From positions 1 to 29,978 of the IMG/VR virus record IMGVR_UViG_3300025782_000049: a stretch of 29,978 nt of DNA. The stretch is one strand, 5' to 3'. This stretch comes from a virus (lineage: Duplodnaviria > Caudoviricetes). Numbering within the stretch: position 1 is the stretch's first letter; every line of letters starts with the position of its first letter. The translations under genes were made by a program, and so were the position numbers. Below, one piece after another: positions 1 to 8,624 of the stretch. Below the pieces are notes generated by a model. That model did no database searches. It was not told the origin of the DNA and was given only the letters and a program-made list of their open reading frames with translations.

Positions 1-2
1 GT

Positions 3-356
3 AAGCGTATCCGTTTGAAGGCAGAGCAGTTAGTTGTTCCACCAGCACTCGAGTTCCAATCAGAAGTAATTCTGAAGTCGGTTCTGCGTTCTGGTACAGC
101 TGACAACGATCTCAACCCAATCAAGTCCACTGGTATGTTGCCAAAGGGTACACACGTTGTAACCCGTTTGAGCTCTTCCAAGGCATGGTGGGTACAGACC
201 GATGCTGAAAATGGTCTCATGCTCGTTATGCGTCGTCCAATGGAGAAATCCATGGAAGGCGATTTTGAAACTGATTCTATGCGTTATAAGGCCACTGAGC
301 GTTATGCTACAGGCTGGCACGATGCGCGTAACATCTTCGGTACCGCTGGTTTGTAA
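3..356 (+). CDS. Major capsid protein, Mu gpT-like family, 3' part (truncated by the window start)
   Basis: The frame is open from position 3 (KRIRLKAEQLVVPPALEF...). Motifs LVVPPxLxF, AWWVQTD and GDFETDSMRYKATERY..GW.D.R...G are typical of the C-terminus of Mu-gpT-like capsid proteins of aquatic phages. A terminator follows. Confidence 0.85.
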   Translation, partial: KRIRLKAEQLVVPPALEFQSEVILKSVLRSGTADNDLNPIKSTGMLPKGTHVVTRLSSSKAWWVQTDAENGLMLVMRRPMEKSMEGDFETDSMRYKATERYATGWHDARNIFGTAGL

Positions 357-377
357 TCAAAAAACCACAAGAAGTAC

Positions 378-406
378 AAAAAAGCCACCCACAAGGTGGC
401 TTTTTT
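378..406 (+). terminator. Intrinsic (likely bidirectional) terminator after the capsid gene
   Basis: AAAAAAGCCACC-CACAA-GGTGGC-TTTTTT: a GC stem flanked by A6 and T6. Confidence 0.9.
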
Positions 407-410
407 GCTA

Positions 411-446
411 TTTAGGGCGGTTTGGATGTTTAATTTGCATTAATAT
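411..446 (+). promoter_or_regulatory. Conserved bipartite late-promoter-like motif, copy 1
   Basis: TTTAGGGCG (411-419), 16 nt, TGCATTAATAT (436-446). Identical boxes and spacing occur at 9648 and 16342. Confidence 0.8.
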
Positions 447-450
447 GTAT

Positions 451-535
451 AGGAAGATTTGCCCCCAACAGACTACCGTCTCTTCCCGGTAGACGATCAA
501 GCGACTGAGTGGGGCTATAAACTCTTGATAGGAAA
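451..535 (+). ncRNA. Structured leader RNA, probably Mu-gpT-DE (Mu-like gpT downstream element) type
   Basis: Pairings seen: 461-465/511-515, 473-478/487-492, 452-457/481-486 (loop pseudoknot) and 496-501/524-529. There are three GAC triplets. It lies directly downstream of a gpT-like capsid gene, the defining context of the Mu-gpT-DE motif. Confidence 0.6.
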
Positions 536-543
536 CAATTCAA

Positions 544-1116
544 ATGTCAGTAACATTTAATCAACCAGTACGTATTAATAAGTACAACAATCCAACTAAC
601 AATGGCGTAATCGCTCCAGACAACACTGGTGCAGCAGTATGTACTCAAGAGAGCTACATCCTCAACCCAATTTCTGCCGCTAACTCTGGCACAGTAACAT
701 TCCAGACAGCCGATATCGGTCAAACAACCGCAACTCCATTTGTATTGCCAGCTGGTGCAATTATCGAAAACGTAACATTCTACCAAACATCTTCTGCCGC
801 TAACTTGGCTGGCGGTGTAATCACTGTTTCGATTGTTCAAACAAACCCAACAACTTTAGCTAACACAACTACTGCTATTGCTACAATTACCCCAACAGCA
901 GCTGGTGGTGTAATTCCTGCATCATTTACAGCTTCTAACGCTGTTGCTACTATTTTGAGCAACATCGGTACTTTAGATGCTACTTTGACTTTCTCTGCAG
1001 CTAACGTAACAGCTTTGACTGGTGGTGCAGTTAACGGTATTTTCCAAACACAATACACAGCACGTAACTACACTGGTTCGATTATCAACGTTGGCCAAGG
1101 CTACACAAACTCGTAA
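544..1116 (+). CDS. Virion structural protein, possibly head decoration (190 aa)
   Basis: RBS AGGAAA at 530-535. T/A/N-rich, beta-rich sequence with an LPAGA motif. First gene after the capsid gene. Confidence 0.6.
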   Translation: MSVTFNQPVRINKYNNPTNNGVIAPDNTGAAVCTQESYILNPISAANSGTVTFQTADIGQTTATPFVLPAGAIIENVTFYQTSSAANLAGGVITVSIVQTNPTTLANTTTAIATITPTAAGGVIPASFTASNAVATILSNIGTLDATLTFSAANVTALTGGAVNGIFQTQYTARNYTGSIINVGQGYTNS

Positions 1117-1125
1117 TTAATTGCC

Positions 1126-1150
1126 TAGGGGGCTCGATGCCCCCTATTTA
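1126..1150 (+). terminator. GC hairpin (weak terminator or mRNA-stabilising stem)
   Basis: TAGGGGGC-TCGAT-GCCCCCTA followed only by TTTA. Intergenic. Confidence 0.6.
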
Positions 1151-1169
1151 ACTTAAAAGGAAATTAATT

Positions 1170-1964
1170 ATGGCATCGAATCTAGTAACAAATTTAATAG
1201 CACAACAACCAGCTGTAATGCCTTCTGTAACTGTACAGGGTGCATACGAGCCGTTTGATCTTCAGGTTGCGCGTAACCAGATCGCAGGCCATTCTACGGT
1301 CAGCATTTTTGGTTATCAAGCTAACGTAACAACTACTTCTATTCCTGTTTGGGAAAACGCTACAACTTACACATTTCCAGCATCTGCTGCAACAGCAAAC
1401 GTAGCAAGCTCATCTGCTAACGACGTTGGTGCTACTGTTTTGATTAATGGTTTGGATTCAAACTTCAACCCACTTTCTGAGACAGTTACAATTGCCAGCG
1501 GAAACACTGTAACAACTAATAGCTATTTGCGTATTAACAGCTTGTTTTTAACAAAACCCGGAAGTGGTTTTAATACCAACCAAGGCAACATTACTGTTAA
1601 GCAAGGTTCAAATACTTTAGCTCAGATTAACACTGGCATTGGTAAATCCCAAAGTGCAGTTTATACAGTTCCAAACGGATATACATTCTATTTGGATTAC
1701 GTAGAAGCAAACACATCAAACAGTTATACTAGCGGTAATTATTTAGTATACAACGTTGTTACAAACAATAACGTAACTGGTGTTCAGTCATCTATTTTGC
1801 AACAACCTTTTACTTCAATTTATACTGCAACGCGCACTCAAGATCCATTTGCTTATACCCAAAAAACGGACATTCAGTGGCAATTGAAAACCAGTGCAAG
1901 TACATACGCAGTTGGTATTATTGTAACAGGTAAGTTAATTAAGTTAGACGGTCAATCCGCGTAA
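1170..1964 (+). CDS. Conserved phage structural protein of unknown function (264 aa)
   Basis: Strong RBS (AAGGA). Beta-rich composition. GAYEPFDLQVARNQI.GH...IFGY start. Lies in the virion module. Confidence 0.6.
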   Translation: MASNLVTNLIAQQPAVMPSVTVQGAYEPFDLQVARNQIAGHSTVSIFGYQANVTTTSIPVWENATTYTFPASAATANVASSSANDVGATVLINGLDSNFNPLSETVTIASGNTVTTNSYLRINSLFLTKPGSGFNTNQGNITVKQGSNTLAQINTGIGKSQSAVYTVPNGYTFYLDYVEANTSNSYTSGNYLVYNVVTNNNVTGVQSSILQQPFTSIYTATRTQDPFAYTQKTDIQWQLKTSASTYAVGIIVTGKLIKLDGQSA

Positions 1965-1973
1965 GGCACGTAA

Positions 1974-2369
1974 ATGCCAGTCTATCTAGACACTAGAGGT
2001 AATTCGGTATTATCGGTGGCGATCTGTGATCGCTGCCGAATCAAATTCCCATACACCGAGCTTAGACCCGACCCCAACTTTCCGGGGATGCGGGTGTGTC
2101 ATTATGACCTAGATAACTTTGACCCATGGCGTTTACCTGCCATTCAAACAGAAAACATTGCATTACGGTTCCCAAGACCAGATACCAATATTGCTACTGG
2201 CCCCGTTGGCGGACAACAATTGATGACTGGACTTGCTCCAAATGGTCCAATTGATAGTCCAATAGATGGAACTAGAAAACCGAACGATCCAAATCGCAAC
2301 TCGGTATTTATTACGCAAACACAAGAACAATCCACAACCGCTGGTCAATCTGGCGATTTAACGGACTAA
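1974..2369 (+). CDS. Small Cys-motif (putative Zn-binding) virion/neck protein (131 aa)
   Basis: CDRC...GMRVC..D.D..DP...PRPD pattern, common in head-tail regions of such phages. Confidence 0.55.
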   Translation: MPVYLDTRGNSVLSVAICDRCRIKFPYTELRPDPNFPGMRVCHYDLDNFDPWRLPAIQTENIALRFPRPDTNIATGPVGGQQLMTGLAPNGPIDSPIDGTRKPNDPNRNSVFITQTQEQSTTAGQSGDLTD

Positions 2370-2372
2370 AAC

Positions 2373-5246
2373 ATGGCCGATCAGTCGATATCACAATTAC
2401 CAGCCGCAACGCTACCTTTAACAGGTAATGAGCTTGCGGTCGTGGTGCAAAACGGTGTTACTAAACAAACACTGTTGCAGTACATATCTAGCACATTGGC
2501 GCCCGGAGTTTTGATTACTGGTGTGTCTTTTGTTGGTAACAATTTAGTATTTCAGTATAACAACGGAACAAGCCAATCGGTTGGTCCTATTCCGGGTTAT
2601 GTATCAGCAAGCATTAATGGTTCTGGTCACCTTATTCTAACCAACTCGCTAGGCTATAATACCGATGCGGGTCAAGTTGTTGGTGCGCAAGGCCCTCAAG
2701 GCCCACAAGGCGCTACTGGTGCAACGGGAGCTACTGGTGCCACTGGCCCAGCGGGCGCAAATGGCGTGGCGGCAACTATTACTGTTGGTGTTACAAACAC
2801 TGGTGCACCCGGTTCGTATGCTTCTGTAAATAATTCTGGCACATCGCAAAATGCGGTGCTTAACTTTACTATTCCTGCGGGCGCTACGGGCGCGACAGGC
2901 GCACAAGGACCACAAGGTATTCCGGGGCAAGGCGTCCCCGCCGGTGGTATTACCAATCAAGTATTAGCTAAAGTTGACGGAACAGATTACAATACTGTCT
3001 GGAAAACCATTGCAGGTGCGGGTACAGTAACCTCAATTGGCGCAGGTACTGGATTACAATCTAGCACAACTAACCCAATTACTAACATCGGTACATTATC
3101 AATTACCAACACTGGCGTTAGTGCTGGCTCTTATGGCACAGCAAGTAACGTAGCAGCATTTACTGTTAATGCACAAGGTCAATTAACTGCTGCGTCAAAT
3201 ACGCCAATTAGTATTGCGGCAAACCAAATTAACACTGCTATTCCAAATAGCGGCTTGGCTAACAGTGCTGTTACTATCGGCACAACCAGCATTTCATTAG
3301 GTTCAACAAGCCTAACATTAGGCGGTTTGACTAGCGTTACAGTAACGCAAGACCCAGTTAGCGCATTACAGCTTACAACTAAACAGTATGTTGACAATAT
3401 TGCGCAAGGTCTAAACACCAAGGCGCCAGTTTTATGTGCAACTACAGCAAATATTACGCTGTCTGGTGAACAAACAATCGACGGTGTTACAACATCAGCG
3501 AGCCGCGTTTTGGTTAAAAACCAAAGCACTTCGTCACAGAACGGTATCTATTTATCTGGCTCTGGCGCGTGGACTCGTACAACAGACGCAAACACATGGA
3601 ACCAATTGGTTTCCGCATATGTTTGGGTTGAAGAAGGTACAATCAACGGCGACACTGGTTGGGTTTGTACAGTTGATCCGGGTGGCACATTGGGTGTTAC
3701 AGCGGTTACTTGGGTTCAATTCTCAGGCGCGGGCACATACACCGCTGGTACAGGCTTAACACTCACTGGCACACAGTTTAGCATCACCAACACAGCTGTT
3801 ACAGCGGGTTCCTATGGCTCTGCTACGCAAGTTGGTACATTTACAGTTAATGCTCAAGGTCAACTTACTGCGGCTGGCAATACTACAGTAACTCCAGCAG
3901 TTGGCTCTATTACTGGCCTAGGTACTGGTGTTGCAACAGCATTAGCTGTTAATACAGGTTCAGTTGGGGCATTTGTGGTAAACGGTGGGGCATTGGGAAC
4001 TCCTTCAAGTGGTACACTAACCAATGCAACTGGTTTACCTTTGACAACCGGCGTAACAGGCACATTGGGTATTACTAACGGCGGTACGGGCATAACATCA
4101 TTTGGTACTGGCGTACAAACTGCTTTAGGACAAAACGTAACTGGCTCTGGTGGTATTGTTTTAGCAACATCACCAACGTTGGTAACACCAGCGTTAGGTA
4201 CGCCAACATCGGTTACACTAACCAATGCAACTGGTTTACCTTTAACCACTGGTGTAACTGGTTTATTGCCAATTGCCAATGGTGGTACAAATGGAGCAGC
4301 AACCCCAACCGCTGGAGCGATTGCTTATGGTAATGGCACGGCGCATGTATTTAGTGCAGCTGGAACAACGGGTCAATATTTAGTTTCTGGTGGTACGGGC
4401 GCACCTACATGGGCAACTATTTCTAGCTCATTGGTAAGTAGCTTTAGTGCTGGCACAACAGGCTTTACACCTAATACAGCAACTACTGGTGCTGTTACCC
4501 TTGCTGGTACGCTAAACATTGCCAACGGTGGTACGGGTATAACATCATTTGGTACTGGGGTGCAGACCGCTCTAGGTCAAAATGTAACGGGCTCTGGCGG
4601 TATTGTATTAGCAACATCGCCAACATTAGTAACACCAGCATTGGGCACACCGACATCGGTTACATTAACCAATGCAACTGGTTTGCCTTTGACAACTGGC
4701 GTAACAGGCACATTACCAATCGGTAACGGTGGTACAGGAATTACTAGTTTATCTGCTAACTACATTCCTTACGGTAACGGCACAAGCGCATTCCAGTCAA
4801 GTGCGAACCATACGTTTGACGGCACTAACCTAACATTAGGCAACGCAGGCGTATCAGCTAGATTCCAAGGTGATTTTAGTAACGCTACAGTGGCAAGTCG
4901 TACAGCATTTGTAACAGGCACGACTAACGGATCAACCGGTATCTATGCGTTACCAAACGGAACATCTACAGCAGCGTCTTGGCAGGCAACAAACAACTCA
5001 ACGCCTACCAACGCAAGTAAGATTTTAATTGCAACGAACGGCTCTACTGACGTTCAGTTGGTGTCTGGAATCAACGGAAGTGGTACATATTTGCCATTGA
5101 CTTTCTGGAACAACGGCGCAGAAAAGATGCGACTTGCAGTAAGTGGTGGTTTTTCAATTGGTACAACAACGGATGCTGGATCAACAAACCTTCTTGTTGC
5201 AGGAACAGCTACAGCACTCGGCGGCATTGCCGGCGGAACATTTTAA
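2373..5246 (+). CDS. Long tail fibre protein 1 (957 aa) with collagen-like and shaft repeats
   Basis: N-terminal ISQLP module. G-x-y collagen runs. KQYVD...ATTANITLSG.QTIDG...RVLVKNQ...NGIY fibre domain. Repeated TGLPLTTGVTG/NGGTG units. Ends in GGTF. Confidence 0.85.
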   Translation: MADQSISQLPAATLPLTGNELAVVVQNGVTKQTLLQYISSTLAPGVLITGVSFVGNNLVFQYNNGTSQSVGPIPGYVSASINGSGHLILTNSLGYNTDAGQVVGAQGPQGPQGATGATGATGATGPAGANGVAATITVGVTNTGAPGSYASVNNSGTSQNAVLNFTIPAGATGATGAQGPQGIPGQGVPAGGITNQVLAKVDGTDYNTVWKTIAGAGTVTSIGAGTGLQSSTTNPITNIGTLSITNTGVSAGSYGTASNVAAFTVNAQGQLTAASNTPISIAANQINTAIPNSGLANSAVTIGTTSISLGSTSLTLGGLTSVTVTQDPVSALQLTTKQYVDNIAQGLNTKAPVLCATTANITLSGEQTIDGVTTSASRVLVKNQSTSSQNGIYLSGSGAWTRTTDANTWNQLVSAYVWVEEGTINGDTGWVCTVDPGGTLGVTAVTWVQFSGAGTYTAGTGLTLTGTQFSITNTAVTAGSYGSATQVGTFTVNAQGQLTAAGNTTVTPAVGSITGLGTGVATALAVNTGSVGAFVVNGGALGTPSSGTLTNATGLPLTTGVTGTLGITNGGTGITSFGTGVQTALGQNVTGSGGIVLATSPTLVTPALGTPTSVTLTNATGLPLTTGVTGLLPIANGGTNGAATPTAGAIAYGNGTAHVFSAAGTTGQYLVSGGTGAPTWATISSSLVSSFSAGTTGFTPNTATTGAVTLAGTLNIANGGTGITSFGTGVQTALGQNVTGSGGIVLATSPTLVTPALGTPTSVTLTNATGLPLTTGVTGTLPIGNGGTGITSLSANYIPYGNGTSAFQSSANHTFDGTNLTLGNAGVSARFQGDFSNATVASRTAFVTGTTNGSTGIYALPNGTSTAASWQATNNSTPTNASKILIATNGSTDVQLVSGINGSGTYLPLTFWNNGAEKMRLAVSGGFSIGTTTDAGSTNLLVAGTATALGGIAGGTF
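2682..2765 (+). repeat. Collagen-like Gly-X-Y repeat
   Basis: GAQGPQGPQGATGATGATGATGPAGANG. A second short run lies near 2880-2930. Confidence 0.85.
4077..4709 (+). repeat. Internal 62-aa exact protein duplication (4077-4262 and 4524-4709)
   Basis: NGGTGITSFG...TGLPLTTGVTG is identical in both copies. The DNA differs only synonymously. Confidence 0.9.
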
Positions 5247-5260
5247 CTAGGAAATAAAAC

Positions 5261-7564
5261 ATGGCACAAAGCGGCTACACACCAATTTCATTATATTACA
5301 GCACAACTGCAGCTACTGCACCGACTGCTGGTAACCTCGTCAATGGTGAGTTGGCGATCAACATTACTGACGGCAAGTTGTACTATAAAGACAACGCCGG
5401 TGTTGTGCAGATCATCGCTGGTAAAGGCGGTGCTGGTATTGCAGGTGGCTCTAATACTCAAGTCCAGTACAACTCAAGCGGGTCATTGGCTGGTTCTGCC
5501 AACATGACTTTTGATGGTACTTATTTAACTGTTAATAGCCTTAAAGACTCTGCACTGACCAGTGGTCGTGTTACCTATGCGACTACCAGCGGTCTATTAA
5601 CAGACTCTGCCAACATGACCTTTAATGGCACTAGCTTAACTTTAGCTAATGATGCTTCTATATCAGGTCTTACTGTTGGTAAGGGTGGTGGTAGTGTAAG
5701 CACCAATACTGTTTTTGGTGCAAGTGCTTTAAATAGTGGTTCAAATACAGGTTCAGCACTTACAGCTTTAGGTTACCAAGCTGGATTAAGCAATACTACT
5801 GGTTCTAATAGTGTATTTATTGGTCACAATAGCGGAGTTTCAAACACTACAGGAAGTAGCAATATTTCTATTGGTCAAGGAGCATTAAATCAAAATACTA
5901 CAGGAAGTTCAAATACTGCCGTAGGTCACAATTCTTTACTTTCAAACACCACCGCATCTGACAATACCGCAGTAGGCTATCAAGCTGCTTATAGTAATCA
6001 AACAGGCGCTGGTTTAGCTGCATTTGGTCGTGAAACTTTATATTCCAATACAGCTACAGGAAACTCTGCTTTTGGTTATCAAGCATCACGCCAAAATACA
6101 ACAGGAACAGGCTTGGTGGCAATGGGCTATCAAACTATGTTTTCAAACACTACAGGTGCAAATAACACAGCACTTGGTTATAACGCTTTAATCAACAACA
6201 CCACCGCATCTAATAACACAGCAGTAGGTTATCAAGCTGGTTATAGTAATACTACTGGAGATGTTACAGCTTTTGGTTATCAAGCTGGTTATTCATCTAC
6301 TACCGCTACAGGCATTACATTTGTTGGTTCTTTAGTAGGCAAAAACAATACAGCAAGCAATAACACTATTGTTGGCGGAAATGTCAATGGTGTATTAAAT
6401 CCTGCTTTTTACGCCAATACAACAGGAAATGATAATGCTGGTTTAGGGAATGGTGTTTTATCCAGCAATACTACAGGCGCAAACAATACCGCTATTGGTT
6501 CTAGAGCATTAGCATCTAATTCAACAGCATCTAATAACACAGCAGTAGGTTATCAAGCTGGATATTCAAATACAACAGGCACAAACCAAGTATCTGTCGG
6601 TTATCAAGCTAACTACACCAACTCAACAGGTTACAACAATGTGGCAGTTGGTAATACTGCTTTGTATTCTAATACTGGTATTAACAATACAGGTATTGGT
6701 CAAAATGCTTTATATACAAACTCATCTGGCGGATACAATACTGCTTTGGGTATGCAGTCATTATTCTCAAACACCACCGCATCTAATAACACAGCAGTAG
6801 GTTATCAAGCTGGGTATAGTAATACTACAGGACAATATAATGTATTTGTAGGTTGGTCATCTGGTCTAAACGCTACAGGCACATCAAATGTGGGTGTTGG
6901 AAACCAAGCCGCAAAAGCTGCAACAGGAAGCTATAACACTTGTATTGGCGATGGTAGCGGATTGCAAATTACTTCAGGTTCTTACAATACTATTCTTGGT
7001 GCTTATCAAGGCAATAGTGGCGGTCTAGACATCCGTACAGCAAGTAACTACATTGTGTTATCTGATGGTGCTGGTAATCCTAGGCAAGTTATTAATGGTA
7101 GTGGGTATGTTTCATTTAATTCTGCAACCGCTCCCGGAACTGCCGTATTACTAGCTATTGGCGGTTCATCACAAAAATGGGAATTTGGACCAGCAAGCGG
7201 AAGTACAAGTTTTGTTGTTGTTCCTCCGGGTGCAGCAACAGGTGTTTATTTGACAAACACAGGAACATCTTGGTCAAGTGTTTCAGACGAAAGATTTAAA
7301 GAAAATCTTATTCCAATTACGGATGCTGTAACAAAAGTATCAAGTTTGCGGGCAGTTACTGGTAATTTAATTGCCGATACTACCAAAAAATCTAGAGCAT
7401 TTTTAATTGCTCAAGATGTTCAAAAAGTATTGCCTGAAGCCGTTGATGAAACAAACCCAAATCAATTAGGTTTAGCTTATACCGATGTAATTCCTCTTTT
7501 GGTAGCAGCTATAACCGAACTCAACGCAGAAGTAACTGCACTCAAAGCTAAATTAGGAGCATAA
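5261..7564 (+). CDS. Tail fibre / receptor-binding protein 2 with C-terminal intramolecular chaperone (peptidase S74-like) (767 aa)
   Basis: N-terminal GELAINITDGKLYYKD module. About 14-aa NTTGxxNTAxG beta-solenoid repeats. SDERFKENL autocleavage motif followed by G/F.IAQDV..V.PEAV and a terminal coiled coil. Confidence 0.85.
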   Translation: MAQSGYTPISLYYSTTAATAPTAGNLVNGELAINITDGKLYYKDNAGVVQIIAGKGGAGIAGGSNTQVQYNSSGSLAGSANMTFDGTYLTVNSLKDSALTSGRVTYATTSGLLTDSANMTFNGTSLTLANDASISGLTVGKGGGSVSTNTVFGASALNSGSNTGSALTALGYQAGLSNTTGSNSVFIGHNSGVSNTTGSSNISIGQGALNQNTTGSSNTAVGHNSLLSNTTASDNTAVGYQAAYSNQTGAGLAAFGRETLYSNTATGNSAFGYQASRQNTTGTGLVAMGYQTMFSNTTGANNTALGYNALINNTTASNNTAVGYQAGYSNTTGDVTAFGYQAGYSSTTATGITFVGSLVGKNNTASNNTIVGGNVNGVLNPAFYANTTGNDNAGLGNGVLSSNTTGANNTAIGSRALASNSTASNNTAVGYQAGYSNTTGTNQVSVGYQANYTNSTGYNNVAVGNTALYSNTGINNTGIGQNALYTNSSGGYNTALGMQSLFSNTTASNNTAVGYQAGYSNTTGQYNVFVGWSSGLNATGTSNVGVGNQAAKAATGSYNTCIGDGSGLQITSGSYNTILGAYQGNSGGLDIRTASNYIVLSDGAGNPRQVINGSGYVSFNSATAPGTAVLLAIGGSSQKWEFGPASGSTSFVVVPPGAATGVYLTNTGTSWSSVSDERFKENLIPITDAVTKVSSLRAVTGNLIADTTKKSRAFLIAQDVQKVLPEAVDETNPNQLGLAYTDVIPLLVAAITELNAEVTALKAKLGA
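5945..6832 (+). repeat. Four dispersed DNA repeats encoding NTTASNNTAVGYQAGYSNTTG
   Basis: Copies start at 5945, 6197, 6518 and 6770. Copies 6197-6259 and 6770-6832 match at 61/63 nt. Confidence 0.85.
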
Positions 7565-7566
7565 AA

Positions 7567-7902
7567 ATGGCAACAACTTACACAACAACTATTACCAATA
7601 TGTACACAGTAAACACACCCGACCCTGATTATGTGGTTAATGTGCTCTTTACCGTGTCTGGCACAGACGGCACTCATACCGCTTCTATTGACGGCAATAT
7701 CCAATTCCAACCAGAGACCCAAGAAAACTTTGTGCCATACACACAACTGACTGATGCAATTGTTCTTGGTTGGATTAACGAAGCTACTGACAATCAGGCT
7801 AATTACTATGCCAATATTGATGGTCAAATTGCCTCAATCGTAACTCCACCAGTAAGCCCACAAAACACACCATTGCCTTGGGCAACACAAACAGCAGCTT
7901 AA
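7567..7902 (+). CDS. Tail-fibre-associated small acidic protein (111 aa)
   Basis: F.PY..LT...VLGW...and a terminal PLPW pattern, typical of genes that follow such fibres. Confidence 0.6.
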   Translation: MATTYTTTITNMYTVNTPDPDYVVNVLFTVSGTDGTHTASIDGNIQFQPETQENFVPYTQLTDAIVLGWINEATDNQANYYANIDGQIASIVTPPVSPQNTPLPWATQTAA

Positions 7903-7914
7903 TAGGAAACCACT

Positions 7915-8124
7915 ATGTCCCTTACTGAAAATCTCCTTGCATCCATCCAAGCCGAGTTAGATGTGCTCAAAGCCACTGAGGCGGCTCCTGCTCCAACACC
8001 CGAGCCAGCACCCGTAGTAGTCCAGCCAACCCCAACTCCAGCCCCCGCTGTTGAAGATGATGCCAATGTGCCTCCAGTTATTCGTTTTGCTAGAGAACAG
8101 GCTCGTAAACTGCAAGGTAAATAA
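7915..8124 (+). CDS. Hypothetical protein, Pro/Ala-rich linker (69 aa)
   Basis: RBS AGGAAA upstream. Fills the gap between neighbouring genes. Confidence 0.6.
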   Translation: MSLTENLLASIQAELDVLKATEAAPAPTPEPAPVVVQPTPTPAPAVEDDANVPPVIRFAREQARKLQGK

Positions 8125-8127
8125 ACA

Positions 8128-8376
8128 ATGAACGAGATGGACCCAATCACTACGGCAAGGGAGCTTGCCACCCATGCTAATGATATTGAGCACCTACAAG
8201 CCGACATGGACAAGATGATTCAGGAGATGAAAGAGATCAAGGAGTGCATCCAAGCCATCCAGAAGACCTTATCTGAGGCTCATGGTGGTTGGAGATTGCT
8301 ACTCGGCATCGGCGGTGCTGCGGCTCTTTTAGGCGCCATTCTGGCCAATCTGTTTCAAGGCTTTTTGAACAAATGA
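8128..8376 (+). CDS. Coiled-coil protein with C-terminal TM helix (holin/antiholin-like, XhlA-like architecture)
   Basis: Heptad N-terminus followed by WRLLLGIGGAAALLGAILANLF. First gene of the lysis cassette. Confidence 0.55.
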   Translation: MNEMDPITTARELATHANDIEHLQADMDKMIQEMKEIKECIQAIQKTLSEAHGGWRLLLGIGGAAALLGAILANLFQGFLNK

Positions 8377-8624
8377 AACGAGTCAGCAAGATCTTTAATG
8401 ATCTGCTTACCGGTGAGGATAATAAAACCCACGACATTGGCCGTTGGTCTTGGATGCTCTCACTCCTTGCAGTCATGTTTGGCGCTGGCTATGAAATGAT
8501 TGAAAACAACATGCCAGCCCTTAAAGACTTTGCTGAAGCAGTTGGCATCATCGCTGGCGCCCATGGCGCGGCTGTGATGCTCAAGAAGGACACCGAACCC
8601 CATGTGGAAAACCCTCCTAACTAA
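8373..8624 (+). CDS. Putative holin/pinholin (83 aa, two hydrophobic segments)
   Basis: The true start is likely the ATG at 8373 (ATGA overlap with the upstream stop). WSWMLSLLAVMFGAGY and FAEAVGIIAGAHGAAVML segments, with a charged C-terminal tail. Confidence 0.6.
   Translation: MKRVSKIFNDLLTGEDNKTHDIGRWSWMLSLLAVMFGAGYEMIENNMPALKDFAEAVGIIAGAHGAAVMLKKDTEPHVENPPN

Noticed and set aside
411-446. Promoter motif as sigma-54 or a T7-type RNAP promoter
   Set aside because: The GG to TGC spacing is far longer than the -24/-12 arrangement. Single-subunit RNAP promoters are contiguous rather than bipartite with a free 16-nt spacer.
202-492. 96-aa + strand ORF overlapping the capsid gene end
   Set aside because: It runs through the terminator, promoter and structured RNA, has no RBS, and its composition is not protein-like.
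451-535. Leader RNA as a known riboswitch or an HDV/twister ribozyme
   Set aside because: I could not match the conserved nucleotides or helix order of those families by eye. It is left as a Mu-gpT-DE-like element pending an Rfam search.
5945-6832. Fibre repeats as a CRISPR array or a DGR template/variable pair
   Set aside because: The repeats are in-frame coding with 250-320-nt spacing. There is no adenine-specific mismatch pattern and no cas or reverse transcriptase gene in the window.
8289-8372. N-terminal extension of the holin-like ORF in the ORF track
   Set aside because: It overlaps the upstream gene out of frame. The ATGA-coupled ATG at 8373 is the more plausible start.
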